DNA of 64,000 bases from Octopus sinensis (GCF_006345805.1 NC_042998.1:135780001-135844000); one strand, 5' to 3'. Shown: positions 1-12,900, counted from the stretch's first letter. Numbers and translations are program-made. Notes: generated by a model from the sequence alone, not told the origin.

Positions 1-21
1 ATTATTTATGGGATCACCCAA
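1..21 (+). mobile_element. Right TIR of a mariner copy truncated by the window edge (same family as 8302-9573)
   Basis: ATTATTTATGGGATCACCCAA followed by TA matches the right end of the 8.3-kb mariner (ATCATTTATGGGATGACCCAA-TA). Confidence 0.75.
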
Positions 22-583
22 TATACACACAACAGGCTTACACGCAGTTTTCATCAATCAAATTCACTCATAAGGTGTGGTAGCCTTGTGAGTGAATTCA
101 CCCAGAGGGTGGGACTAAACCTGAAACTACATGGTTCCAAAGCAAGCTTCTCAGCAACATGACCATTCATTAGTTGATGAATAGATGATGACACCAATGT
201 TTTACAGTTGAACAATCTACTGTAAATGTTATGCATTTATACCTAAGTGCAAGTTAGTATATAGAAGTGTAATACAACAAACACATGAACCCTAAGTCAA
301 TACTTGCACAAAGCATTAAAAACATAACATATTTGATTGCAGTCTAGTATGCAAACCATTGAATGACATGATATTACTTTTATGCATGAGCAGGGAAATA
401 ATATAAGGCAAATGAAATAAAAGCCATGTAACTATGTAGGGTGTATGCATCACTGGTTCAGTGAAGAGGAAAGTTATTATACTTGGTCTAGAAACAAGCT
501 CTTTCATTGTTGTCGAACTCCAGATCAGCTTTAATACAGCAGGCTGCAAAATCAAAAGCATTCCAACTTTCTAGTCACAATCA

Positions 584-617
<34 letters not shown>

Positions 618-619
618 TG

Positions 620-1672
620 AAAGCAGTGAGCTAGCAGAATTGTTAGCATGCCAGGCAAAATGCTTAGCAGCATTTCATCCATCTTTATGTTTTGAGTTCA
701 AATTCCAGAGATTGACTTAGCCTTTCATCCTTTTGGGGTCAATAAAATAGTACCAGTTGAACACTAGGGTTGTTTAATCAACTAAGCTTCTTCCTTGAAC
801 TTACTGACTTTGTGCCACTATTTGAAACCACTATTATTATTAAGTCAGTAAGCTGGCAGAATCATTAGCAAGCCAAGCAAAATGCTTAATGGTATTTCAT
901 CTGTCTTCACGTTTTGAATTCAAATTCTGCCAAGGTCGACTTTGCCTCTCATCCATTCAGGGTTGACGAAATAAGTACCAGTAGAACATTAGTGTCAATG
1001 TAATCAACTTACTCACTCCTCTGAAATTGCTGATCTTGTGCCAAAATTTAAAGCCATTATTATTTATTAAGGTGGTGAGCTGGCAGAATTGTTAGCACAC
1101 CTGTCAAAATGATTAGAACCATTTCATACATCTTCGTGTTCTGAGTTTAGACTCTGCTGAAGTTGACTTTGCCTTTCGTATTTTAAGGATCAATAAAATA
1201 AGTACCAGTTAATCAACTTACCCCTACACTGAAGTCGCTGGCCTTGTGCCAAAATTTGAAATTATTATTATTATTAAGGCTGCAAGCTGGCAGGAACGTT
1301 AGTACACTGAGTAAAATGCTAAGTAGTATTTCACCCATCTTTGAGTTCTGCACTCAAACTTTGCCTTTCATCCTTTTGGGAATGAAGTACTGGGGTCAAT
1401 GTAATTGACTAGATCCCTCCCACAAAATTTTAAGCCTTGTTCCTATAACAGAAAGGACTATTATTATTTATTATGAAAGTGCTGGTAGAATCATTTAAAC
1501 ATATTTCTTCTGCATCTTTACATTCTGGGTCACAATTTCTCCATAGACAACTTTGCCTTTCATCTTTTTGAGACTAATAATATAAGTACCAGTTGACCAC
1601 TGGAGTCAATGTAATCGACCAGCTCCCTGCCTTAAAACTTCAGGCTTTGCGCCTAATGTAGAAAGAATAATT
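620..1672 (+). mobile_element. Five head-to-tail copies of tRNA-derived SINE family A separated by (ATT)n
   Basis: Approximate copies at 620-830, 843-1056, 1069-1262, 1277-1458 and 1478-1668. Each has GAGCTGGCAGAA (A-box-like), GAGTTCAAAT (B-box-like), the central CTTTGCCTTTCATCC...AATAAGTACCAG motif and an (ATT)n tail. Confidence 0.9.
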
Positions 1673-1714
1673 AATTTATTATTGTTTTTCTGTAATGACC
1701 AGAGGGTATGATCG

Positions 1715-2105
1715 CGAATACACGTGACCAAAATGAGGCTCTCTCTCTAAGGTTCTCTGGGTTAACATTATGTAACCGGATGCATAACTTGGAGATTAGG
1801 GAGTCTCTTCAGGTTGAGCCACTACTTCTCTGCATTAAGGAGTTACAGCTCCATTACTTTGGATATGTGGTTAGAATACTGCAGAAAATTACTGAAAGAT
1901 AGATTCATCAAGCTGAGCCAACCAACAGGAGACCTAAAAATAGACTGAGAATGAGGAACTCGGATAATATCCATCATCTCAATTGGCTACACTTTGGAAT
2001 CCAGCTGGAAAGTGGAATGATGGTTGCTTCTGACAGGCCCATATGGAGAGGTGCCTGAGGACTCTACCCACACAACCCTTCCAAGATAGTGAGTGATGAA
2101 AATGG
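1715..2105 (+). mobile_element. RTE-clade (Expander/Rex3-like) LINE 3' fragment, decayed
   Basis: Translates to LRFSGLTLCNRMHNLEIRESLQVEPLLLCIKELQLHYFGYVVR..., the typical RTE post-RT region. The same 3' end recurs at about 10452-10575. Confidence 0.8.
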
Positions 2106-2949
2106 ATGAACAGCAAAATTCCTTTTTCTTCAGAAAAATTGTACCCAAGACTACATCATCCAATATGTCCTGCTCATTTTAAAACTAGTAGGATGTGATA
2201 TAAAGAGACAAGTCATTTGGCTGCTGTTTCTAGCTGGTCAGACTCGTTTTTAGTTCAAATCCAGATTGAGACTGTGTACATATCCAGAAATATGACACTA
2301 GGTGACAATTGTAAAATGAACCAATCAACACCCAATGTACATATAACTACTGTAAATATTGCATTATTCATCTCTAAATATGAGGTTAATAATCCAGAAA
2401 ATTATAATCTATGAATGAATGATCTTGCATACGTGAATTATATAAATAGAAAGACAGGTTTAAAAGTTAATGCTTTTGTGTGATTATTGTTAGTCATTAT
2501 TTAATCAGTCAAATTACTGGCTCTTTATGTTGAGTTCAAATGTTGCCAAAGCCAACTTTGCTTTCCATCTTTCTGGGGGTGATAAAATAAAATACTAGTG
2601 AAGTACTGAGGTGGATTTAATCAACTAATTTTTCTTGTCCCTTAACTCCAGAATTTATGGTTTTGTGTTTATAATGGAAATCATTATTTATTAAGTTAAT
2701 TAATATATATTTACATATATTGTTTAATTGTGACAGAGCCAATAATTTGACTTTTACCCATCAGTTGGTGAGAGAGAGAGAGAGAAAGAGAGAGAGAGGT
2801 GGATTTTGAGTTAATAGATATCTGCTTGAGGCATATGATTATTTAGAGCCAGATAACCTGAGTAAGAATTTAGCCATAGATATGCCCCTGTGCTTGTAAT
2901 AGGGATATGAATAGATGTCTACATATATATCATTTTACATACACTTTCC

Positions 2950-3275
2950 ATGTTAGTATGGGTTGAATGAGACATCATAGTCTGACTCAGTTATTAGTAG
3001 GAGTTATTGCCCTCCTACACATGTAGAGGATCACATCTCTCACAAACATTCCATTCTTGGCATGGCTTCTATAGCTGGATGCTTTTCTTAATACCCACCA
3101 TTTTATAGAGTATACTGGGTACTTTTTATCATGACACTAGTACTAGATAAATTGTCAGATCCTTAACAAGACTAAAGGGTCCTTCTATATTATTCAGTGT
3201 CCATTTAATCACCACCCACATTACAGAATGCATAGTATGTATTGTGGCACCAGCACCAGAGAGGCTGCCTTGTCT
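2950..3275 (-). mobile_element. RTE LINE 3'UTR fragment (family C)
   Basis: Antisense family-C motifs TTTCCATGTTAGTATGGGTTG and TTCTATAGCTGGATGCTTTTCTTAATACCCACC. Confidence 0.65.
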
Positions 3276-4039
3276 ATTGCAAGACTAAAGGGTTTTCTGT
3301 TTTCTGTATAAACTCCATTCTTTCAAAGCAAATATGATCAAAAGGGTGAATAGAGGAGTGAGTGATTAATAAGTCAAAGAACGAGTGAAGGAAGAGAGAG
3401 TATGAGTATGAAACAGTTTGATAGGAGGGTTTTGTAAGGGAGGGAGTAATGGAAGAGAGATAGTGATAGCTAGATCTTGGTTGTTGGTAAGGAGAATATA
3501 TAGAAAAGTAACACGAGCAGTATGATGGGATTGCAACAAAGACAGGTGATGGCAAGAGAGAGTGAGTGACAGACATCAGTAGAGGTGAGTGATATCAAGA
3601 GTGGTAGATAGCAATGAAGAGTGACAAGAGGGAGAAGAAAGTGTGATTGTAAAGAAGGATGATAGTAAGAGGTACTGGATATCAATAGATTCAATGTTCT
3701 TTGATGTCATTCCTCATTACACAGGCATTGTGAAGGAAGAGAGGAAGAATGTCAGATAGGTGATGGCAGAAGAGAGGAAGAGCAATAAAGAGTGATGGTA
3801 GGAAGAGTGTACACAGATGAAATGGCATTCCTTGTTTCACAGGCAGCATGGTACACTGGGTATGCAAGAGGGTAAGTGTGAGGTTAACAAAGAAGGTAGT
3901 GAACACGAGTTTGACAGGAATATAATGGACAATAAGAATTCAATATAGATATATTACACATCCCATTCTCTATCCTATCACCATATTAATTAATATTTTG
4001 CCATACTTGCACTGGTGGGAAGGTTTTATTTAATATCAT

Positions 4040-4545
4040 CATCATAATTATAATCATTTAACATCATCTTCACCATGCTGGTATGGGTTGGATGGTTTGA
4101 CAAGAACAGATAAGCCAAAGCACTCCACCAGATTCTATGTTTACTTTGGCATGGTTTTACAGATGGATGCCCTTCCTAATGCCAACCACTTAACAGTTAC
4201 TATTATATGTGACATTCTTTATGAGATTCAGCTTTTTGATATCAGCCTTCACTATTTCTCCCATGTGTTCCTAAGTCTGCCTTCTAAAAGATCCATCAAC
4301 TTTGAGGACTTGGTACTTTTTTAAAAAAAGAACAAATATCCTCCATTCACCACATGTCTATACCAGTGCTGTCTTCTCTCTTGCACACTACATTTGACTA
4401 CTTTTATATCCAGCTTTGATTTCAGCTCATTTGTGCATACATTGTTCTTTCACACTATATACATCCAACAGAGCATGCTCACTAGATTTCTTTCCAGCCA
4501 TTGCAAATCTTCCATTTTCAAGGCCATATCTTACTACCATGCAGC
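4040..4545 (-). mobile_element. RTE LINE 3' end: ORF C-terminus joined to family-C 3'UTR and (GAT)n-like tail
   Basis: Minus strand reads MLHGSKIWPLKMEDLQWLERN...VQERRQHWYRHVV...KVDGS...IVKADIKKLNL, then GGCATTAGGAAGGGCATCC...CCAACCCATACCAGCATGG. Confidence 0.8.
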
Positions 4546-5389
4546 ATTAAACTTTGTGTGTGTGTGCATGTATGCATGGCCATGTGTGCATGTGTAAGTT
4601 AGTTGTAAGTCTGAGTGTGATTTCTATTCCCTCAAACAAAAGTTATTTCCATTAACTTATCACAAATGCCTCCAGGAAAGTCATGCACATCACAGCCTGT
4701 ATCCTGCTAACCCTGAATTAAATAGAGCTAATCTTCCATTGATAGATTATGAATACTTTTTATATATTTAACTCTCTTTATGTCACATGTCAGTTAAATA
4801 ATTAGCTCACACATACACACATATACATGCACATATACATACACATATGCATGTATGCACATATACATAGACATATTTTGACTAAATAAATGCACTTAAA
4901 AAAGCAATAAAGGAACTTCTACATAGCAGCTTAGCCTACTAGAAATAGCAACCAAATCACACTTTACTGCTTTAATAAACCACAAAGATACTGACTAATA
5001 TAATCTTAGATACATTGTGTCTGAAAAACAAAAAACAGGGTGGGATGGTCACAGGTGTAATTTCTTCTGGTTATAGGTGAGCCCAGTCACAGCTGATCAG
5101 GGCTTTAACAACAGCTTTAATAAAAAATATGTAAATATGTATGCATCTATGATTTTCTTTGAAACTCAATTAAGCATTTTTTAATACATAATTTAAGCAG
5201 GTCACAAACCAAGTGAAAGAACTTCATTGTTTGAATCAGCACAGTTCTAGAGGTTTGTGAATATTTGAATGAATCCGTGCATGCATATATATAGAGGCAA
5301 ACATGTAAGAGCATACATGTAAGTGTATGTGAGGATATATTTGCATTTATGTAAATAAATGAGTGTATATGTTAATACTAGGAAACTCA

Positions 5390-7080
5390 AATAGAGAATT
5401 TATGGAATGCTTTATAGACTTCCAATAATTGGTCAGACTTGGAGGCTATGAGTCAAGGTGGTTTTGGTCTTACTAGGGAAAATCCAGCATTTCCAGGCTT
5501 TTGTGAAAATCTACTGCTTCATAGGGCAGTGTAACTATGGTAATAAATACAAATGAGATATCTTATAGCTAGGATACAAGAGTTGTAAATCGTACATTAA
5601 GTTACTATAGGTGTCCTCTTTTTCTATGAATTCAGGTGATACATTCACATCCATGGGACAGCTGACCTCTACAACAGAGCATGACTTTCATTCACTGTTC
5701 CAGGTCTTATTCTGAATACCAAGTCTGTTGTGTTTGCACTGATTACTATTATACATTTTCATACTGGTGTGTCTTTAGTATCATTATGAGGACAATTCTT
5801 CCTGCAGATGGCAAAGTAAATCATTTTGGCAACAAAACATTTTTCAGTGGGAAGATGGTACTTTGCAAACATTTGCTGGACAACTGTTGATGATGTGGAT
5901 GATAGCACACAATTGACACTTTCAATTACAATGCAGAGGTTTGAAGCCATCATTATCTTTTTCCCTGACCAGAATAGAGAAGGCATGAATTCTTCTAGGT
6001 GAGATGTGATGTATTGATCCCAGGCTAACTTCTCTTTCAATATTGTTGATATCCTCAAGCTTGCAGGTTATGTATCCATGAATATCTTTCTACTGATATG
6101 GAGAATACTTCTACATTGAGCTTCTGTTCAAGTAGGTTAGGTCAAACTACCCTTGGTTCACATGAAAGAAACCGTTCACCCCAAATAGCTATACAACTGT
6201 TATTCAACAACACTCAAGATATTTTTCCACTGTTGAATACACATCAGGGACTCATTTCTTCCTGTACTGTTCAGTAAATGTTGTCTGCAGCACTCAAAGT
6301 ACTGACTTTATGCCTCTGCCTCAATCCTTCCCATTTAACATAGATCCTATGATGGTTAAATATCTTTCTAGTTTTGATATCCAAGCTGTAGATTATTTCA
6401 TGAGTTCCGTCTTTTATCTTTGAGTTTAGTACAAACATTGGAACTGCGAAGGCATTATAGAACATGGTATTTCTGAATGCAAATAATCCTGAATTCCATA
6501 TCTTCCAAAGTCCACTGAAGTATTCTTTCATCATGTTAATTTAACTCAGAGCACCAACATATGCAACATTCTCATAAATTTGAGATACTCATAGAATCTG
6601 TCATTGGAGAAAGAGGAGATAGACATGTCACTGATATCCATATCTTATCAGGTCCAACAATCTTCTCTCGATTAAATACCAGAACACTTATCCTGAGCAA
6701 ACTCCATCTGTATGTTGTGTGAGAATGCTGTGACTAATTCTGTCTATTTTTGTCATTGCTTATAACCTTACAGATCAACAAAAAAGGGTGGGTGACATTA
6801 ATTTTCATTGCTTCTACAGATTCTAACATTCAGCTTTGATATTTCTTTAACAGAACTGACAAAAGCTTCACTGCCACATGGGTAGCTGTTGAGACAAGCC
6901 ATCATTATTTATAAAGCAATTCTGATAATGACAAAAGTAATTGCCACAAATCTTGGTGGTAGCTGTGTGTACCATGCTGTAATCAGTCTTTTAATGGTGA
7001 ATGGAACCTTAGCAAGGCACAATAATATAAGTATCCAAGAATGAGGGACAGAATCAAGTGCCCTTTTGAAATTTAGTCGT
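5390..7080 (-). mobile_element. R4/Dong-clade non-LTR retrotransposon remnant (RT C-half, CCHC, restriction-like endonuclease), many stops and frameshifts
   Basis: Minus-strand motifs in order: FKRALDSVPHSWI, VTHPFFVDL (FVDD), KEYFSGLWKIWNS..SLDIKTRKI, KCQLC..HIINSCP, KHNRLGI...VVEVSCPMDVNV..LQLLYPSYK. Confidence 0.85.
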
Positions 7081-7319
7081 ATGGTGGATTGACAGAAGCA
7101 TTAAAACATTAGACAAAATGTCTTGTGATATTTATACCAACTCTTGGAATTTTGAGTTTAAATCCTGTTAAAATCAAGTTTTCTTTTCTTTCTTCCAAGG
7201 TTAATACATAAAATGCTAGTCTAAGGTGGTGGACTGGCAAAATTGTTAGAGCATTAGACAAAATACCTTGAAGTATAAGTTCTGGTTTTGTGCATTCTGG
7301 GTTCAAATACTATGGTGGC

Positions 7320-7500
7320 CTACATGAGTGGCAGACTTAACCTGTTGCCTGGTTTAACATCACCGCCTGAACCTTGGGTACCTTTTTGAATCAAGCTTTT
7401 GGTTTGACTTGAATGCTTTGGTTTGTGGATCTCTTCCTCGCTCCCATCCCCACTCTCAGGAGCCCTGAAAATGTCCATGGGCGTTGCTCTTCTAATTAGA
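7320..7500 (-). CDS. Candidate exon of unidentified host gene (phase-2 start), LIRRATPMDIFRAPESGDGSEEEIHKPK...
   Basis: Pyrimidine tract followed by AAAAG| acceptor. The frame is open and in phase with the 7695-7882 candidate across a 194-nt GT-AG intron. Non-repetitive sequence. Confidence 0.3.
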
Positions 7501-7694
7501 CTTTTGTTTTTTGAAAAAGGGAAAAAAGAAAAACATATACAAAAAACTGGAGTGGGATCCCTCTCTAGCTCTAAGAGACTTGTAGGGTGATATTTCATTC
7601 ACATGTCAAGAGAAGAGCTATAGGACCATGTACTTGACTCTAAAACTGAGAACAGGGAGAAGTAGTGGGCTGAGGTGGTACGTCACACACATAC

Positions 7695-7882
7695 CTATAC
7701 AATGTAACTGTAACACTTAGGTTGACAAAATATGAAGTCACAGTTAAAGACATTGAAAACGATGCTGACCCTTGATTCCTCATCATCTTTATGACACAGT
7801 TATAAATATATGGTGGGTACTGAAATGAACATTGGTTCATGTGGTTAAATGGGGTCACACTGAATCCAGCTGTTACACACCC
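7695..7882 (-). CDS. Candidate exon (phase 0 to 2), GCVTAGFSVTPFNHMNQCSFQYPPYIYNCVIKMMRNQGSASF...VTVTLY
   Basis: Acceptor ttttgttgtcag|G and donor TATAG|GTATGT; only one of three frames is open. Confidence 0.33.
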
Positions 7883-8171
7883 CTGACAACAAAAGCTATG
7901 TCTAAGTGGGTAACTGTAAATGCTTTATATGTTTTTACTACTATTACATTTTGTTTCAATTATTGAGTATGTTTCTATGGTATTTTCGCACATATTTCAT
8001 GTTTTATTAATTTTTTAACCTGACTGTCCTTTAATGTTTCTGTATCTCCTCCCATTTTTATAAAATTTAGGCCAGCCACACATGAAATGTAACTCCTAAC
8101 GTTTATGTTTATTGTAATGTATACATGAGCCTTCTGTGGATCCTACATAGATTACAATTATGTTCATTACT

Positions 8172-8205
<34 letters not shown>

Positions 8206-8301
8206 ACACGTATATGCAAAATTGTATTTACACAAATATCTATACCCATATATATATATGTACACACACACACCACACACACACACACATATATATATAT
8301 A

Positions 8302-9573
8302 TAGGGTCATCCCATAAATAATGCGGTTTTTACAATTGCATGACTATAAGTTGGAAGGGGACAGGATAAAAGGATAAACTACTCGCATCAACTGGCTATA
8401 AAAGCAGGTAGTACTTTTACCTTGTGCTTATTCTTAGTGCAAGTTTTCAAGAGTGCAGTTTGATTTTAACAGTTTTTTTTTCAAAGTTATAATGGAAGTG
8501 ACAAAGAAGCACATTCAGCATATTTTGGTTACTGAGTTTAATAAAGGCAACAATACAACGGAAAGTGAGAGGAATATTAAATGCAGTATATGGGGATTGG
8601 ATAATAAGCATAGGCCAGTGTCAATGGTGGTTCTAGAAATTCCGAGCTGGAAACTACAGCCTAGAAGATAAGATATGTCCTGGAAGATCTGTAGAGCTCA
8701 ACGAGGACATCCTGTAAACTCTGGTGGAGCAAAATGCCATTGTAACTGTTGAGGAACTAGCAGAGAAGCTTGCATTTGGTCATACAACCATTCATTGAAA
8801 CCTGCGTGCAATCAGGAAAGTCAGCGAACTGGGTCAATGGGTTTCTCACAAATTTTCTGAGTCTAATCGTGCACAGAGAGTGAATGTGTTCTCTTATTTG
8901 CTGTCATGTCACATGAATGAACCTTTTTTGACTGAATAGTGACTGGTGGCAAGAAATGGGTTCTCTATAAAAATGTTAAGTGCCGAAGACAGTGGGTAGG
9001 GAAAGGAGAAACACTGGCATCCCAGGCTAAAGACGGTCTTCACCTATATAAGGTGTTGTTATCTGTTTGGTGGGATATGAAAGGTTTAGTCCACTTTGAA
9101 CTTTTAAACCCAAACCAAATGATAACAAAGGAGATCTACTGCAAGCAGCTCGAGCAGCTTAAGACAGCACTAGAAGTAAAATGACCATCTTTGGTTTCAA
9201 GACAAAAAGATGTTCTTCCATCACGATAATGTTTGGCCTCATACAACAAGGATGACATTCCAAAGGCTGGAGCAGTTTGAATGGGAATGATACCCCACCC
9301 ACCATATTCACCAGACATTGCCCCATCTAATTATCATTTATTCCGCAGTCTTCAAAATCATTTGGATGGAAAAAATATGAATTCTGTAAACTAGGCGAGA
9401 ACAGTACTGGAGGAGTATTTTTCGTCACGGACAAATGAATTTTGCAAGTCTACCAGATAGATGGAAGAACATTGTAGAAAATGAAGAAGAGGATATTTCA
9501 GATTAAAAATAAACTTTGTTTATCTTAATTTTGAAAAATAAAAGAAAACTGCATCATTTATGGGATGACCCAA
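8302..9573 (+). mobile_element. Full-length (1272 bp) mariner (DD34D) with pseudogenised transposase at 8492-9506
   Basis: 29-bp TIRs with 3 mismatches and TA on both sides. Motifs MEVTKKHIQHIL, VLLSVWWDMKG, HHDNVWPH, PPYSPDIAPSNYHLF; stops and frameshifts present. Confidence 0.95.
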
Positions 9574-9861
9574 TATATATATGTATATCTATATATATGT
9601 ATATATAAACACATACGCACATACATATGTCTATATGCATACTATTATCACCATCTTCACTATATATATCACAAACATTTCCAAAATAATTTCCAGAAAG
9701 AAAATAACAAAGTTGATTAAAACATGAAAGCACCTTTAAAAACAACCATAAACACCTGTGAGTATTTTGCTTAATAAAAAAAATAGCAGTAATTATATAT
9801 AAACACACACACATTTTCATCATCATTACCATCTTTTAACATCCATGTTTCATGCTGGCAT

Positions 9862-9908
<47 letters not shown>

Positions 9909-10221
9909 CACACACATTACACATACATATATATATTGAAGAGAGAAAGTAAGAAAAAAACAGTAGCAAGACAAAATAAGTTAAGATTTACTATTAGTTT
10001 GATATTGAGGGAAATGGAATTAGTTAATTAAAATCATGTTTCAGACATTGTCCCTTGGAATAGTTCGTAGAGTAGACAGAGAGTGGGAAAAACGAAGAAA
10101 GGAGAAACTGAAATCAAAATAAAAGGAGCAACTGCTGTAAAAATGCCGTGGAGACTGTCTATATGGTGGGCATACACACACACAAACAAATATATACATA
10201 CATACATACACACACACACAA

Positions 10222-10395
10222 ACATACATATTCAAAAGGTTTCTTCCACTTTCCGTCTGCTAAACCCACTCAAAAGGATTTGGTCAGCGCAAGACTATAG
10301 GAAAAGACACTTGCCCAAAGTGCCACTCAGTGGGACTGAACCCAGAACCATGTGGTGTTCAGAAACAACCTTCTTATCACACAGTCACATCTGTG
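10222..10395 (-). mobile_element. SINE family B 5' half
   Basis: Antisense of GGTTCAGTCCCACTG..GGCACTTTGGGCAAGTGTCTT..GGAAAGTGGAAGAA. Confidence 0.8.
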
Positions 10396-11272
10396 CTTAT
10401 ATATATATATAGAGAGAGAGAGATAAATGGTTGGCTAATATCCATAGTCTCAGTTTGTCACGTTGGGGAATCCAGCAGAAAACAGAATTGACAGTCGTTG
10501 CTGATAGGACCCTATGAAGGTGCTTAAGGACTCTACCCCCATGGCCCACCCAGGAATAATGGGTGAAGATTGATGTGTGTATGTGTGTGTGTGTATAAAT
10601 ACATCCATATATTTAAACTCTCTCTCTACACACACATACACACAAATACACACAGTATCTCAATGATGGTTCACATTTTAAACACAAGCAACTAGGACCA
10701 AGAATGGGTGAGTATCCATGATCTTGTAAAAATACAACAAATAAAACATGTCGTATCATTATTAAACAATCATCAATCATCATCATTATCATCATTTTAA
10801 GCCCAAATTTTCTATGCTTATATATATGTATAACATACATAATTATTATAACCCATACTTTTTCTCATCTCTCTCTCTCACACACACAAATACACATCGT
10901 TTATTTAAACTGTTATGTTGTAGCAAACTGAATTTCATGTCACTGTGATCATTTGTTTGTATGCATGTGTGTCTATGTATGTGAGTTTGTGTGTGTGTGT
11001 GTGTGTAGGGGGGTTGTTTTTCTTTGAGATTGCTTAAGTTCTTTTTCATGGAGATCAAGCCGGTTGCTAACTAAGTGACAAGATACATTGAGATAAGTCA
11101 GTTCTCGGGTTTGTAAATATGTGATTGATTTAGTGATGAGACTAAATATGTAAGTTTGTATGTGTATATGTGCGTGTGCATATATATATATATATATATA
11201 TATGAAACACACACACTCACAGCCACTTTCATATATAAATATATATACGTACACACATGCTCAAAGTGTGCT

Positions 11273-11310
<38 letters not shown>

Positions 11311-12009
11311 ATGCATGTGTTTAGAAATGTTGCATGCATAAAAAAAAAGAAAAAGAAAGGAAGGAAACAGGAGTAAAAGAAAGAGAAAAAATACAAAGAA
11401 AAACAGGAAAAATCTAAAGACAGAAAAAAACCTGAAGACAAGAAAAAAATAAATTAAAAAGGTATTTGAAGTATCTTACTATTTTCCACATGTTGAATAT
11501 TATTTAAAGGAATATAATGCTGGATAAAATGGAAATAAGCTGCAATCGAATCCATGTATCAAAGAAGTATGTAGATGAATATATATATATATACACACAC
11601 ATATATATACATACATCTATATCTATATATATGTGGAGAAAATGACAGATCAGGTGCAGAGATACTGGTGTTGATTAGGACAGCCCAGACCAGCTGCTTC
11701 CACTATGGCTTATAAATGAGATAGAGGTGAGATTTAGTAGCGCTACTTCTATTTCCACACGGTATTGTTGTTGCTGTTGTTGTGGTGGTGGTTGTTGTGA
11801 AGGTAGTGGTGGTTGTTGTGGTTGTTATTCATTTAATGACAGTGGTGCTGCTGATGATTGCTGAATGAGTGAAAATACCCCTCAAGAATTCCCCCCCCCC
11901 TGCTCCCCCAACTAAGGAAAAAAAACCCAAAAAAACAAATTGAATAGTACCAGGTAAGAGTAAGTGTAGGACAGGGGAGGGGAAGAAGACTGGATGTTGG
12001 TGAGAGACA

Positions 12010-12315
12010 GCTAGAGAGAGAGAGAGAGAGAGAGAATAGCGAGAGAGAGAGAGAGCGAGAGAGAGGGACATATAGATAGAGCAGAGAGAGAGAGTAAAGG
12101 GTGAGGGTAACAGAAGAGAGAAAGAGAGGGCTAAAGAGAGAGAAAGAGTTTGAGAAAGTGGGAGGGAGAGAGAGAGAGGAGAGCCAATGAGTAAGAGAGT
12201 AGAGAGAGGAATGTTAGAGAGAGAGAGAGAAAGAGAAAGAGAGAGAATAAGCAAGAGAGTAGAAGGCAATGTGTAAAAAGAGAAGGTGAGAGAGATCAAC
12301 TTACAAGTAGGAAAT

Positions 12316-12346
<31 letters not shown>

Positions 12347-12350
12347 TGAC
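12010..12350 (+). repeat. (GA)n-rich compound microsatellite
   Basis: Interrupted GA runs visible directly. Confidence 0.95.
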
Positions 12351-12809
12351 TGAGAGAGGGCGGTGCTTTTTATGCTTCACTAGGGACTAAGAGGAGGGAG
12401 AGTTGTTAGGAAACACCGAACAAAGAAGGAAAGAAGCAAGCAGAGTTGTAATAATGTGTTTGTGTGTGTGTATGAAAGGGAGATGGGGTGTATGTGCGTG
12501 CATAAGTGCGTGTGCATGTATTTGTATATGTATTACTGTATGATCCTATGTGTATGTGTGTGTCAATGGAAACCTGTGAGATGACAGCTAGAAAGAAGGT
12601 AGTGGCACAATGGACAGGAATTACTGAAGTATGGTGGGATAGTATCAGAGGTGAGCTAATGATCAATGAGATTAGAGGGGTTAAAAGATAGTTTTTATGT
12701 GTAGATCAGTGTGTTTTTGCAGGTGACAGAGGAGAGTGGGGAGAATAAAAGTTAAGTGTCAGGAGATTTCTGAATGAATGAACGAAAATATCAATGTATC
12801 TGTATATCT

Positions 12810-12815
12810 ATCTAC

Positions 12816-12852
<37 letters not shown>

Positions 12853-12869
12853 TATATATATATATACAG

Positions 12870-12900
<31 letters not shown>

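Noticed and set aside
620-1672. Regular repeat-spacer appearance resembling a CRISPR array
   Set aside because: Units are ~200-bp diverged SINEs in eukaryotic DNA; no cas genes.
10045-10122. Plus-strand terminal-exon-like TLSLGIVRRVDREWEKRRKEKLKSK* after tgtttcag
   Set aside because: Protein-like but isolated, with no supportable upstream partner; left uncalled.
11829-12380. 183-aa Leu/Ser ORF, plus poly-Asp/Gly/His ORFs at 27633-28157, 29444-30062 and 31124-31461
   Set aside because: Derived from (CT)n, (GAT)n and (GGT)n repeats; no splice or homology support.
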